A DNA stretch of 62,174 nt from Octopus bimaculoides (Eukaryota). Below the pieces are notes generated by a model that saw nothing but the letters and a program-made list of their open reading frames with translations, did not search any database and was not told where the DNA came from. The stretch covers positions 101,645,200-101,707,373 of the forward strand of contig NC_068986.1 of the NCBI RefSeq assembly GCF_001194135.2. Direction: 5' to 3'. A program made the position numbers and the translations under genes. Positions 52,453 through 62,174 of the stretch are shown here, piece by piece. Numbering within the stretch: position 1 is the stretch's first letter; the number at the start of each line of letters is the position of its first letter.

Positions 52453-52693
52453 TTTCTTATTTCTTTATTACCCACAAGGGGCTAAACATAGAGGGGACAA
52501 ACAAGGACAGACAAAGAGATTAAGCCAATTACATCGACCCCAGTGCGTAACTGGTACTTAATTTATCGACCCCGAAAGGATGAAAAGCAAAGTCGACCTC
52601 GGCGGAATTTCAACTCAGAACAGTTCAAACACAGACAAAATGCAGCTAAGCATTGCGTCCGGCCTGCTAACGTTTCTGCAAGCTCGCCGCCTT
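52453..52693 (-). mobile_element. SINE family B variant with a Tx1-LINE-derived 3' tail
   Basis: Minus strand: B head and body to CTGGGGTCGATGTAATT, a linker, then TTGTCCCCTCTATGTTTAGCCCCTTGTGGGTAATAAAGA (52500-52462; 37/39 identical to LINE end 18862-18900) and AATAAGAAA. Confidence 0.9.
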
Positions 52694-53171
52694 CATTCGG
52701 CAAATTATTAACTTTCGATTTAGCTCCGTTTCATCTCACAAGGTTGAGCAAGGAAATTACACGTCTTTATTCAAGCTACCCTGCACTAAAATGCAAGGAT
52801 CATTCAAATTATTCTTTCCGCAAGAAATCCAATAAGCTCGTAACATTTCCGAGATTATCATCTCTCTTACGTGACAATGCATTCTATATTTACATGATGT
52901 CATTTAATTAAAATGTTGAGAGTGTTTCGGGCTGCATATTTTTGTTATTAGAATTTCGAGTGAAGGAAATAACTCTACTCGTTACAACAGTGAAAATCTT
53001 TTATTTACTTTCGTTCAGTGCGTTAAATGCGTTAACAATATTTTACTGTTGTTTAGATAAAATATGAACATTGTGTCTATTTTTTCCGTGATTTTCTCGT
53101 TGATAATATTAGAGAGAGTTTACACACACGCACACACATATATACACGCATAAACCCCCTCTCAAACACAA

Positions 53172-53205
<34 letters not shown>

Positions 53206-53729
53206 GCACACATATATCTAGACAGCATTACTACGTATCGTCGTGGAACAAGAGGTTTCTTTGATGAAGTATTAGTCATTTAAAAACTATTACTTCACGA
53301 TCTTAGGAATTTTAATTAAAATTCCAATTTCTGTTAATTAATAAAAAAAAATTCTTGGCTTACTGCTTACTGTACCAAGTATCCTAGGACCCATTTAAAT
53401 ATTTTCAAACACTTAGATTAATTCAAATACTTGTAGCTACCGGCTTGGGTTACCAAAAAATGTTATATACTTGAAACTGATAATACAGCCATTTGATAAA
53501 CAAATGAACCGGTCAGTCCCTTGGACATTGGTTGGCATTAATCCCTAATCCCTGGTTATGTCACGAAGGTTGCATAATACGATTACCGTTTATTATACTA
53601 CAAGCTGTAACACTGTTTTACTATAAAATTACGTAAGTTAAATTCTAAAGTTCTGTGCCTGCGGTTTCACCGATAGTGCTTATAATCATTTTAACAGTTG
53701 CAGTGGTAGAACAACTGTAGCTTACGCTA

Positions 53730-54295
53730 GAGCAGCAGCAGTAGCAGTAGTAGAAGTCACTGTAGTAGCAATAGTTTGCGGTGGGGGCGGGTGGTAGCAG
53801 AAGTGGTAGTGTTGCTGTTAGTAGTAGTAGTATTAGTAGTACGGTGGTAGTAATAGTGGAGGTGTTCGCCGTCGTAGTATTATGGTGGAAGCGATGTGGT
53901 AGTGGTAGTGGTAGTAGTAAAAGTAAGCAGTCCGCCTATTGACTATTTTACTCCGTTTCTTACCGCTCGTAGACGCACTAACACACTCTTCTTCTTTCTT
54001 ATTTAATCCGTCTCTCTTTTCCTCCTCCTCCTCCACAATCTTCTTCTTCTTCTTCTTCTTCTTCTTCTTCTTCTTCTTCTTCTTCTTCTTCCAGTCTCAA
54101 TCTCTCTCTCTCTCTCTCTCTATCTCAGCCAGTCCTGGATTATGATGCATCGCTGCTGCTTTTGCTGATGCTCAACAACAACAACAACAAAACTATCAAT
54201 GCTATAACCGGTTATACTACTAAGGCTATCACCACCACTACCACCACACTGACACCACAACGCCACCACCACCACCACCAATACTACTGTCACAT

Positions 54296-54326
<31 letters not shown>

Positions 54327-54483
54327 CACAACTGCAGCAGCAGTTGCTACTACTGCGACTAATATCAATAATAATGCTAACCTACTGCAGTTGTTACTGC
54401 TTCTGCAACTACCACTACTACTACTACTAATACTACTAATTATAATAATAATAATAATAATAATTATAATAATAATAATAATC

Positions 54484-54519
<36 letters not shown>

Positions 54520-54680
54520 CTAACCTACTACAGCTGTTACTGCTGCTGCTGCTGCTACTAATACTACTACAACAACTACTACTTCCTCCATTGCTGCAGC
54601 AGCAGCAGATGCTGCTGCTACTAGTGACAATAAAAATAACTTTACTACCGGAACAGCTGCAGCGGCTACTACTACTACTG

Positions 54681-54735
<55 letters not shown>

Positions 54736-54760
54736 GACTACTACTACTACTACTACTGTT
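53730..54760. repeat. ~1 kb compound trinucleotide domain: TAG/GTG, (CTT)n at 54039-54091, (CT)n, CAC, CTA, AAT, CTG
   Basis: Direct reading. Confidence 0.93.
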
Positions 54761-55144
54761 CTTTAATTAAACATCTGGTGCAGCAAGTATTCCTGATGTC
54801 CATACTTATTGTATTGTTGTCAATGATGTTAGTGCTCCAGTTATAAGTGGTACTTCAGCTGTTACCGTTTAGCCCTTGGCCATAGAACAGTTTGAGCGTA
54901 ATTGTTATAAACGGCATCGAAGGCATCACCTGCCTATGAATATCATTTTCTTTTTATCTATTAATGAAATCCGAGAATGCATTATTATCACGTGCGCCAT
55001 CCTTCCCATGTCAAATAAATTAATAAATACTTAAAAACATAAAGAAACGGAAAGGAAAGAGAAAACAAAGACGGTTGGATCAAATTTGTGGGATGCTTGT
55101 TACCATTTCTAGAAGGTCGAACGGCAGAATAAACCTTTGTGCTA

Positions 55145-55290
55145 TAGGCTCAAAGCCTGAAATTTGCGGGTAAAGGGTAAGTCGATCACATCCACCCACC
55201 ATATTTGACTTGTACTTAATTGAACGACTCCAAAAGGATGGAAAGCAAAGTCGACCACGGTGGATTTTCAAATCAGAACGCAAAGGCGGC
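55145..55290 (-). mobile_element. SINE family B fragment
   Basis: GCCTGAAATTTG...GTCGATCACATC...GTACTTAATT...AAAGGATGGAAAGCAAAGTCGACC. Confidence 0.75.
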
Positions 55291-55743
55291 CGAACGAGCG
55301 ACAGAATAATGGCTCATTCGTTTGCTTCCAAGCCTTCTTTATATTGTTATTATAACTGTAATTGTCTGTACATATTCTAGTCGGATTGCTCATGTTGTTT
55401 GAATTGTTTAGCAAGAGATCATCCTTGATTCAGTAATGCCAGGAATATTACATTTATTTCTGTTTTCTTAACGGTATGGTATATCTATGATTGTATTAAA
55501 TACTTGTTTATGAATCATGCGAAAGACAAGTGGTTGAGATCTTAGTGGGATTTGGCAGCTATTCCTAGCCAGCCAATTATCTGCATAAATGCTTCCTCGT
55601 CATTTTGATCTCCATTGTTGTCATTTTTGTTCTTGTTGTTCTTTAGCCACAGATCACCTGTACTGGTCAAAACGGTTTTTCATCGCTATGAAATGGCCTT
55701 ACAAGGACCATTTTATTTAGTAGAAAGGATTATAAATGTTGCT

Positions 55744-56182
55744 GATGGGGTAAACTGGCAAAATGATTGCAGCAACGGACAAAAGGCTTAGTGGTGTTTA
55801 TTCCGGTTTTACATTCTGTGCTCAATTCTGCAAAGGTCGATTTCGCTTTACATCCTTTCGAAGCCGATAAAATAAGTGTCCGTTCACTGATATCCTTCCC
55901 CACGTTTTTCTGGCGCTGACTTGACTGATATCCTTGCCAACATTTTTCTGGCCTTGTGTCAACAGAACAAAGGATAATTAAGGATGTTGAGGGTAGTGGG
56001 CGAAATTCTTTGCGGCATTTCCTCTGGCTTTATGCCCTGAGTACAGTCTCTGCGTGGTCGACTTTGACATACATCTTTTAGGGGTCGATGAAATAAGTAC
56101 CAGTGGAACTCCGAGGTTGTTATAATAGATTAGCCCCGCCTTCCTCAATGTATCGAATCCTGTGCGTATGATAGAAAGGATT
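55744..56182 (+). mobile_element. Two head-to-tail degraded SINE family B copies
   Basis: 55744-55978 and 55985-56182 each contain GGTCGA(T/C)TT...CATC.TTT...GATAAAATAAGT or GATGAAATAAGT and end in AAAGGAT(A/T)AT; the first has an internal ~29 bp duplication. Confidence 0.7.
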
Positions 56183-56332
56183 ATTGTGCTACAGCATATT
56201 TTCCCTTGCTTAATGTCAGGCCCAGTTAATAGAATTTATTGTATTTGTTTGTTGAATAAGTTTCTATTCGAACAGCAAGTATTCATTATTCAGTATAAAC
56301 AGTGTCGCTACCTACCAGAGAACCACAAGGGT

Positions 56333-56721
56333 TTGTTGTTGTTGGCACTCCGTCGCTTACGACGTCGAGGGTTCCAGTTGATTCGATCAGCGGAAGAGCC
56401 TGCTCGTGAAATTAACGTGCAAGTGGTTGAGCACTCCACATACACGTGTACCCTCAACGTATTTCTCGGGGAGATTCGGCGTGACACAGTGTGACAAGGC
56501 TGACCCTTTGAATTACAGACACAACAGAAACAGGAAGTAAGAGTGAGAGAAAGTTGTGGTGAAAGAGTACAGCAGGGTTCACCACCACACCCTGTCGGAG
56601 CCTCGTGGGGCTTTAGGTTTTTCCGCTCAATAAACACTCAAAACCCCCAGTCTGGGAATCGAAACCGCGATCCCATGACCGCGAATCCGCTTCCCTAACC
56701 ATTGGACCATTACACCTCCAC
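56333..56721 (-). mobile_element. SINE family A, full length
   Basis: Aligns with other A copies; (CAA)n tail; 11 bp TSD with 1 mismatch, ACCACAAGGGT (56322-56332) / ACCACAAAGGT (56722-56732). Confidence 0.95.
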
Positions 56722-57099
56722 ACCACAAAGGTACGTCTAAAATAAGACTTCTCAATTCTTTCAGTATTTCATAGCATTATTTTATGCTTTGCTTAGAGAT
56801 TTACTCTCCACTACATTCTATATTTAATTAATATTGATATATTTAAATTCACGTTTGACTAAATTCTGTCGTTTTCATAAAGACTTTAAGTCGTTAGCCA
56901 GGATTCGTCGCCAAGGCGTCGCTTGCAAAGGAGTGTGACTTAGTATCTATCACAGTGTCCTTGCTAATTTTTGAGGTGCCTGTTAATAGCGAACAGATGT
57001 GAATATGACTTGGTTTCAAGCACCACGTTGTTGTTAACTTTTCAGGTTTATATATAGACCCTCTCTAACCACTTTAAACTGTGACCAGCGGAATATTAA

Positions 57100-57285
57100 A
57101 GATGTGACAACTGGAGGGAGAGAGGAAGATGAACCAGCACTTGTTTGGCATTAATTTTACATTGAGTACATCAGGTGACGTGAAATGTGTACCTTACTTA
57201 GAGAACGTGAGGTCGTACATAGGATTCGAAGCTATGGCATTTTGACTGCGAGCCCAACATCGGAACGACTAGGCCACGTCCCTTT
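57100..57285 (-). mobile_element. Degraded tRNA-headed SINE, family D-like
   Basis: Minus strand GTGGCCTAGTCGTT...GCTTCGAATCC...GTAAGGTACACATTTCACGTCACC resembles the D head and CORE-like segment. Confidence 0.5.
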
Positions 57286-58319
57286 GATGCATGTATTGAA
57301 GAATGATGAAATTTAATTCTTGACCAACTGCATGAAATAGGTCTGACACAAAGTTTCAAATAGTTTTTCATTCGGTAGTCGTCCCGGAATACTCTTTTTT
57401 CAGCTATCCAATTTGGATAATCTATATTATCCAAAATATTTCGATCGGCGAGTCTAAATGGAATTATCTCCCTTCATTTTGTATTTTCACTTTAAAGCGC
57501 GCGCAGGAAGGGTTTTTGTCTTCTAACTTCTTGGATGATCTCATTGGTCAACGGTTTCCATATCACTAAAATATTTGTCAAACCCTGCGTACTGTATTTC
57601 TGTGAAATAGTTTATAGGCTGACATTATTTCTTTCTTCATCGACGTTTGCCATATTTTGATTATTGCATTGAGAGAAATATTTGATATTATTTATTAGCA
57701 CAAGATCTAAGAGGGCCCAGTTAAAAAGCGTCGTAGTTGGGAACAACTCGGCAATTTTTCTTTTTTATATTTCTGGATATGGATATCCTGGCCTATTACA
57801 CACAGATTCTCTCTTCTAGCCTCTAATATTAGTTTTATATTAATCAGTCAATTTGTGCATTTTCTGGATGTGCCATGTGACAACAATTCACCATTGCACA
57901 CCTCTCACAAATTCTATGATTCGAAAATGTTAATTTTCTGGATACTTTGTATTTAGCGTTATAATTTCATTCATAAAGGCCATCAGCTGACACAAACATT
58001 AGTGCATTAGGATAATACTAAGCGACTTTTCTTCAGGCTCTTTACGACCTAAGTTCAAATTTCATCCGGTTTGACCACGCCATTCATCCCTTCCAGGTAG
58101 ATAAACTAAATACCATTTGAGCACTAAGTCGATGAAGTTGACTTTTCTCCCCTCAATATTGCTGGCCTACAATAAAAGTATAAAAAAATTGTAACTTCAT
58201 TCATATTTTGAGATTATTTATATATATAGTGAATCCAATGGGAATTTCTGTACTGTTTTGCGTCCTAGGACTTATCGGTTCGATTATCCTGTTTTCATGG
58301 CGTATAAGTGAATGAGATG

Positions 58320-58490
58320 GCAAGATTTCCTCTGATGGGACGCCTGTCCATGATACCATTAATCGTTAACAGCTGAGCAGATTGGAGCAACATTTTGTTT
58401 CACCACAACGCATCGCACGGTATGTGAGTCAAAACTACAATTTTCTGATCGCTAGTGCAAAACCATTCCACTTGGCAACGCACTTTCACC
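58320..58490 (-). mobile_element. Degraded SINE family D
   Basis: GATGGGACGCCTGTCCAT and CAGCTGAGCAGATTGGAGCAAC match 50640-50702. Confidence 0.65.
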
Positions 58491-58547
58491 GAATTATATA
58501 TATCGTAATAAGAAATTAGGACAGTGTGAGATTGGTACATTACTTTC

Positions 58548-58755
58548 TTTTACTGTTTTACTTATTTCAGTCATTTGACTGCGGCCATGCTACAGCACCG
58601 CCGTTAGTCGAGCAAATCGACCCAGTACGTATTGTTTGTAATCCTAGTACTTATTCTATCCGTCTCTTTGGCCGATCCGCTAAGTTATGGGGACGTAAAC
58701 ACAACAACATCGGTTGTCAAGCGATGTTAGTGTGGGGTCAAACACAGACACACAA

Positions 58756-58791
<36 letters not shown>

Positions 58792-58798
58792 CCCCCAC

Positions 58799-58833
<35 letters not shown>

Positions 58834-58990
58834 TATATACGACGGGTTTCTTTCAGTTTCCGTCCACCAAATCCACTCAATGCTTTGGTCGGCCAGAGGC
58901 TATAGTAGAAGACACTTGCCCAAAGTGCCACCCTGTGGGACTGAAACCAGAACCATGTGGCTACGTACCACACATCCACTCCTACGCCTA
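58548..58990 (-). mobile_element. SINE family C, full length, with expanded central (CA)n/(TA)n
   Basis: All C modules present, including GTCGAGCAAATCGACCC and CCGTCCACCAAATCCACTCA...GGCTATAGTAGAAGACACTTGCCC; central microsatellite about 58746-58838. Confidence 0.93.
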
Positions 58991-59507
58991 GTTCATTTCT
59001 CCAGAAGTATAAAAGGCAGAATTAAATTCGAGGTGATTTGAACACGGAATAGAAAGGCATGTGACTAAATATTGCAAGACATTTCTCCACATGTTATAAA
59101 ACCCAGCAACGAACCACAAATATACACGCTGTTGTTGTAAATGTTCATCCTGGCATTATACGTTTATTTAGAAACAATATATAATAGATGCAGTTATAAT
59201 AATTTATTATGTGATCCTAATTACTACTCCCTAAATGTTTCTAATTATATTTCAATTTATTTAAGTGTTTTAGACAATGTCGATATTATAGTATTTGTGT
59301 TATAACTTCGGCAGTTGAGGTTTGTGTTATTTCTGCCGCTATACTTCATGGCTATGTATTTGGCCTTGCTGTTTTAATTGTTTCTGCTGCTATTGCTAAA
59401 GATATTGATGCGCTTTTACTCACTGTTGTTTCAAATACTTCTTAAAATGGTTTATTGCCGTTCTACATGTTTACATTAGTAGGGATAATGCTATTATTTA
59501 TTTACTG

Positions 59508-59640
59508 GAAGGTTGGTGATCCGGCAGAATTGTTAAGCACAGCGGGCAAAATGCTTGGCGGCATTCCTCGCAGTACGTTCTGATTTCAAATACGACCGGA
59601 ATCGACTTTGCCTTTCATATTTTCGCGGTCAATAAAGCAG
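59508..59640 (+). mobile_element. SINE family B, 5' part
   Basis: CCGGCAGAATTGTTAAGCACAGCGGGCAAAATGCTTGGCGGCATT...TTCAAAT...TCGACTTTGCCTTTCAT. Confidence 0.8.
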
Positions 59641-59905
59641 AGCTCCCGACGACTCAACGGTGGATTTATGCGAAAACGTTAGATCATTACCAGTATTTTG
59701 GAAGTCTATCACTACATTTGTCATACCTTCGGATTGATGTAATACTTGTATGTATTAATTTACTTCTTTTACCGAGAAGACCTCAGGGTCACAAACTTCC
59801 ATTCAAAGTTAATCGCTTAAACAAATACTAGTGCTCTGAGTAGAACATGCTAGACGTTCAAAGGTCGGATGCCGGCAAAGTACGGAAGGAATATTGTGGG
59901 TCAAA

Positions 59906-59906
<1 letters not shown>

Positions 59907-59961
<55 letters not shown>

Positions 59962-60079
59962 ACACACACACACACACGCACACAAACGCACCCATTCACA
60001 CAGTGTCATGAATGTGCGCGCACACACACACACACATATACATACAAATATGTCATCTAGAATGGGATATATATATATA

Positions 60080-60115
<36 letters not shown>
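59907..60115. repeat. Compound (CA)n / (TA)n / (GT)n microsatellite
   Basis: Direct reading. Confidence 0.95.
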
Positions 60116-60117
<2 letters not shown>

Positions 60118-60289
60118 AGTATAATTTAAAATATTGTAACCTCCAATGTGTCGTGTGGAGGTGTAGTGGAAGATGTTATTGGGGACTTTCTGTGTCACAG
60201 TAAAACATTGGAAAAAGAATCACCACAAACACAAGCGTATTGGATGAAACTGTCCTCGTCTTTTTATATTTGAGAGAGCAGACATCCAG

Positions 60290-60900
60290 ACTCTGCTGGA
60301 GGCCGAAATTTGAGAGTTCAAATCCAAGTAACTTATCATTCTTGGCCGAATGGTATTACAGTAATATTCAAATCTCTAAGTACGGCCTATCTCTTTGGAT
60401 TGAGATTGCAAATTTCCGGGCAAGAACCCGTCGTTGTGCCACGGGGATATAACGGTCGGATTTCTTCAATGTATAGATGCTTTCTAGGAAATGTACAATT
60501 ATTGTTGGTGGGACACTGGAATCAAAGTGTTATCCAATAAAACGTTAAAGACATTTCCAACTATCTTAGAAATACGGATCGGATTGCCTTAATGCATCAC
60601 AGTGGTAATATGCAAACTACAGAGTCATCCAGAGCTAAGTTATTAGGTGAGCAATTATAAATAGAGAAGCATGGTCACAATTGCCCCTGGCCGACTGCAA
60701 TGACGTCAATTTTGTAATCTTCACATTCTGTTGAACAAATTTGCAAGCACCTGAATACTGGTTGCTGATTCTTTTGCCATCGATTCAGAAAAAAACTGCG
60801 GTGACTGAATAATCAAATAACTTGTCAATTGAAGTTAATTAACAACAAATAGTCTTCTATTTGAGTTCAGGTATTTCGGTGCTCTTTTCAGCGGAACTTT
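60290..60900 (-). mobile_element. Possible ancient LINE reverse-transcriptase remnant (RTE/CR1-like), heavily decayed
   Basis: Minus-strand peptides in RT order but different frames: IQVLANLFNRM (60756-60724), SKIVGNVF (60570-60547), GFLPG (60429-60415), KLLGFELSNFG. Spacing only roughly right; many stops. Confidence 0.3.
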
Positions 60901-61384
60901 CTCCTTTTCTTTATGGGTACCAGTGCAATCTAGCGACAGCGGACATTAGTGCCAGCTTGTCTTCAGCTCTTGGCAATATTACACATTTGCAAACATAAAG
61001 GATAGAGCGAAATTACACGGGCAGCAGTTAGAGTATGACCACTCTGTTTAGCTGTACCCTGATTGGATATCTTTCCTGTGTTAGTTTAGGGATGCATGCA
61101 GAACTTTATCACTTCTATCAGCTACATGATAGCCAACTCGCAGGCTAACAACTCACAGGCTAACAATATTCTCCCTTGTGTTAGCCAAGAAGTGGTGTCT
61201 AATGGATACTAAGATACATCGATAATTTCCCGCTTACATTTGGTTATATACATATATAATAACTTTTAACTAGGAAATAAAATTGCAAGAACTACGTATT
61301 CCTTATTATTGCTGCTAGCTCTTGGCAGAAACAAATGTTTTGAAGTCCCTAATGATGAAGATGTAATTATAAACCTACGGCGCA

Positions 61385-61920
61385 GAAAAAAGATAGGCAT
61401 ATGCTTAGATACCTCATAAGTTCTCAGTAACATTTACAAATATATCTGTCATGGATTCTCATATTACCAACATTATTTCTTTTCAGTCTTAACGAAATTG
61501 AGTAATATGCGAATTTAGATCACCATGATCTGAAAGAAATAACTAAGTGTAGCAAGTGGCATGTATTTAAACAACAAATACAGGTCCTTTAAATACCATA
61601 CAACAAATATTCCTGAATTAAGAAAAGTATGTCCGACTAATAATTAGTAAATGGCAATTATGGCCATTTCCAACTGAGCAAGGTACATGATCTGAATATT
61701 CAAGAAATCTTCAGTTAACACGTGAGCGTCATTTCATTTAGCTCACTTTTGCTTAGAGGTTACGCAAATTACTTACGCTATAGCTGTGTCTTATTCCATT
61801 TTGTATTCGACTAACGTCTCTGGCTAACGGTATGGATTCAAAATATTATAGAGCTGATGAAGGCTCTTGCGCCGGAAACATGTATTAGCGTCTATTCTCT
61901 TGTCTCTGAACAATAAACTA
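61385..61920 (+). mobile_element. Possible Penelope-like element 3' remnant (GIY-YIG fragment plus terminal region)
   Basis: KKIG...SNIYKYICHGFSYY (SNIY starts 61426) resembles the PLE GIY-YIG start (S-N-V-V-Y-K-x-x-C); DLNIQE at 61689 resembles its C-terminal P-x-L-N-x-Q; followed by a hammerhead-like core at 61854 and AATAAA near 61912. Confidence 0.4.
61852..61886 (+). ncRNA. Hammerhead-ribozyme-like core, stem I decayed
   Basis: CTGATGA (61854-61860)-A-GGC-tcttgc-GCC-G-GAAA-CATGT-A: palindromic ACATGT stem III and GUA triplet; stem I only G.U plus A-U. Confidence 0.4.
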
Positions 61921-62174
61921 TAAATCTCTCCTTTCACGTAACAGCAAATCTACACAATTCACAAATTATGAGTTTATTTAACTTTTTCAAGTGGAGCTCC
62001 GCTTAATTGCCAATTGACAATTGCGATACACTCTGCAGAGGCAGATAAAATCTCTGAAATAAGGAATTTCCGTTTTATTTACCATAAACAGTGTTTCACG
62101 TTCTTCTTCAAATATGACACTGGACAATCGGAGTTATTCTTCAAGCACATTTTGGCTTATATATATATATATAT

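Noticed and set aside
57198-57960. Mariner-like C-terminal peptide (KRVFRDDYRMKNYL) and TIR-like TACAAAGTATCCAGAAAA
   Set aside because: Similarity too weak and no paired TIR.
60426-60445. CCCGT..ACGGG hairpin suggesting a Helitron end
   Set aside because: No CTAG/CTRR terminus nearby, and it overlaps the putative RT GFLPG codons.

Overview
AT-rich, microsatellite-saturated eukaryotic DNA from a gapped short-read draft scaffold; the repeat content suggests a cephalopod, probably Octopus (inference from recalled repeat style, not a database hit). I could not identify any host protein-coding exon, rRNA, functional tRNA or CRISPR array. Nearly all ORFs in the track are microsatellite translations, N-gap read-throughs or antisense noise, so the window looks intergenic or deep intronic. 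Supported content: (1) a 5'-truncated, disrupted L1/Tx1-type LINE reverse transcriptase remnant (16644-18900, +); (2) a Tc1/mariner transposase remnant (~7.1-7.9 kb) and a TIR-bounded MITE (34083-34320); (3) at least four tRNA-headed SINE families (my labels A-D), about 25 copies, with 11-13 bp TSDs on all three A copies; (4) two ~60-75 bp dispersed repeats (E, F); (5) a weak Penelope-like GIY-YIG remnant at the right end; (6) many simple and tandem repeats. Best leads: a family-B SINE with a tail 37/39 identical to the Tx1 LINE 3' end, sitting inside the head of another family-B SINE (possible self-targeting SINE/Tx1 pair); three hammerhead-ribozyme-like cores sharing an extra-A variant (5197, 18949, 61854), of the minimal type known from Penelope-like elements; and a ~63 bp inverted repeat set in (TA)n that brackets the Tx1 fragment and one of those hammerhead cores. 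All alignments were done by eye, and repeat boundaries are approximate unless stated.
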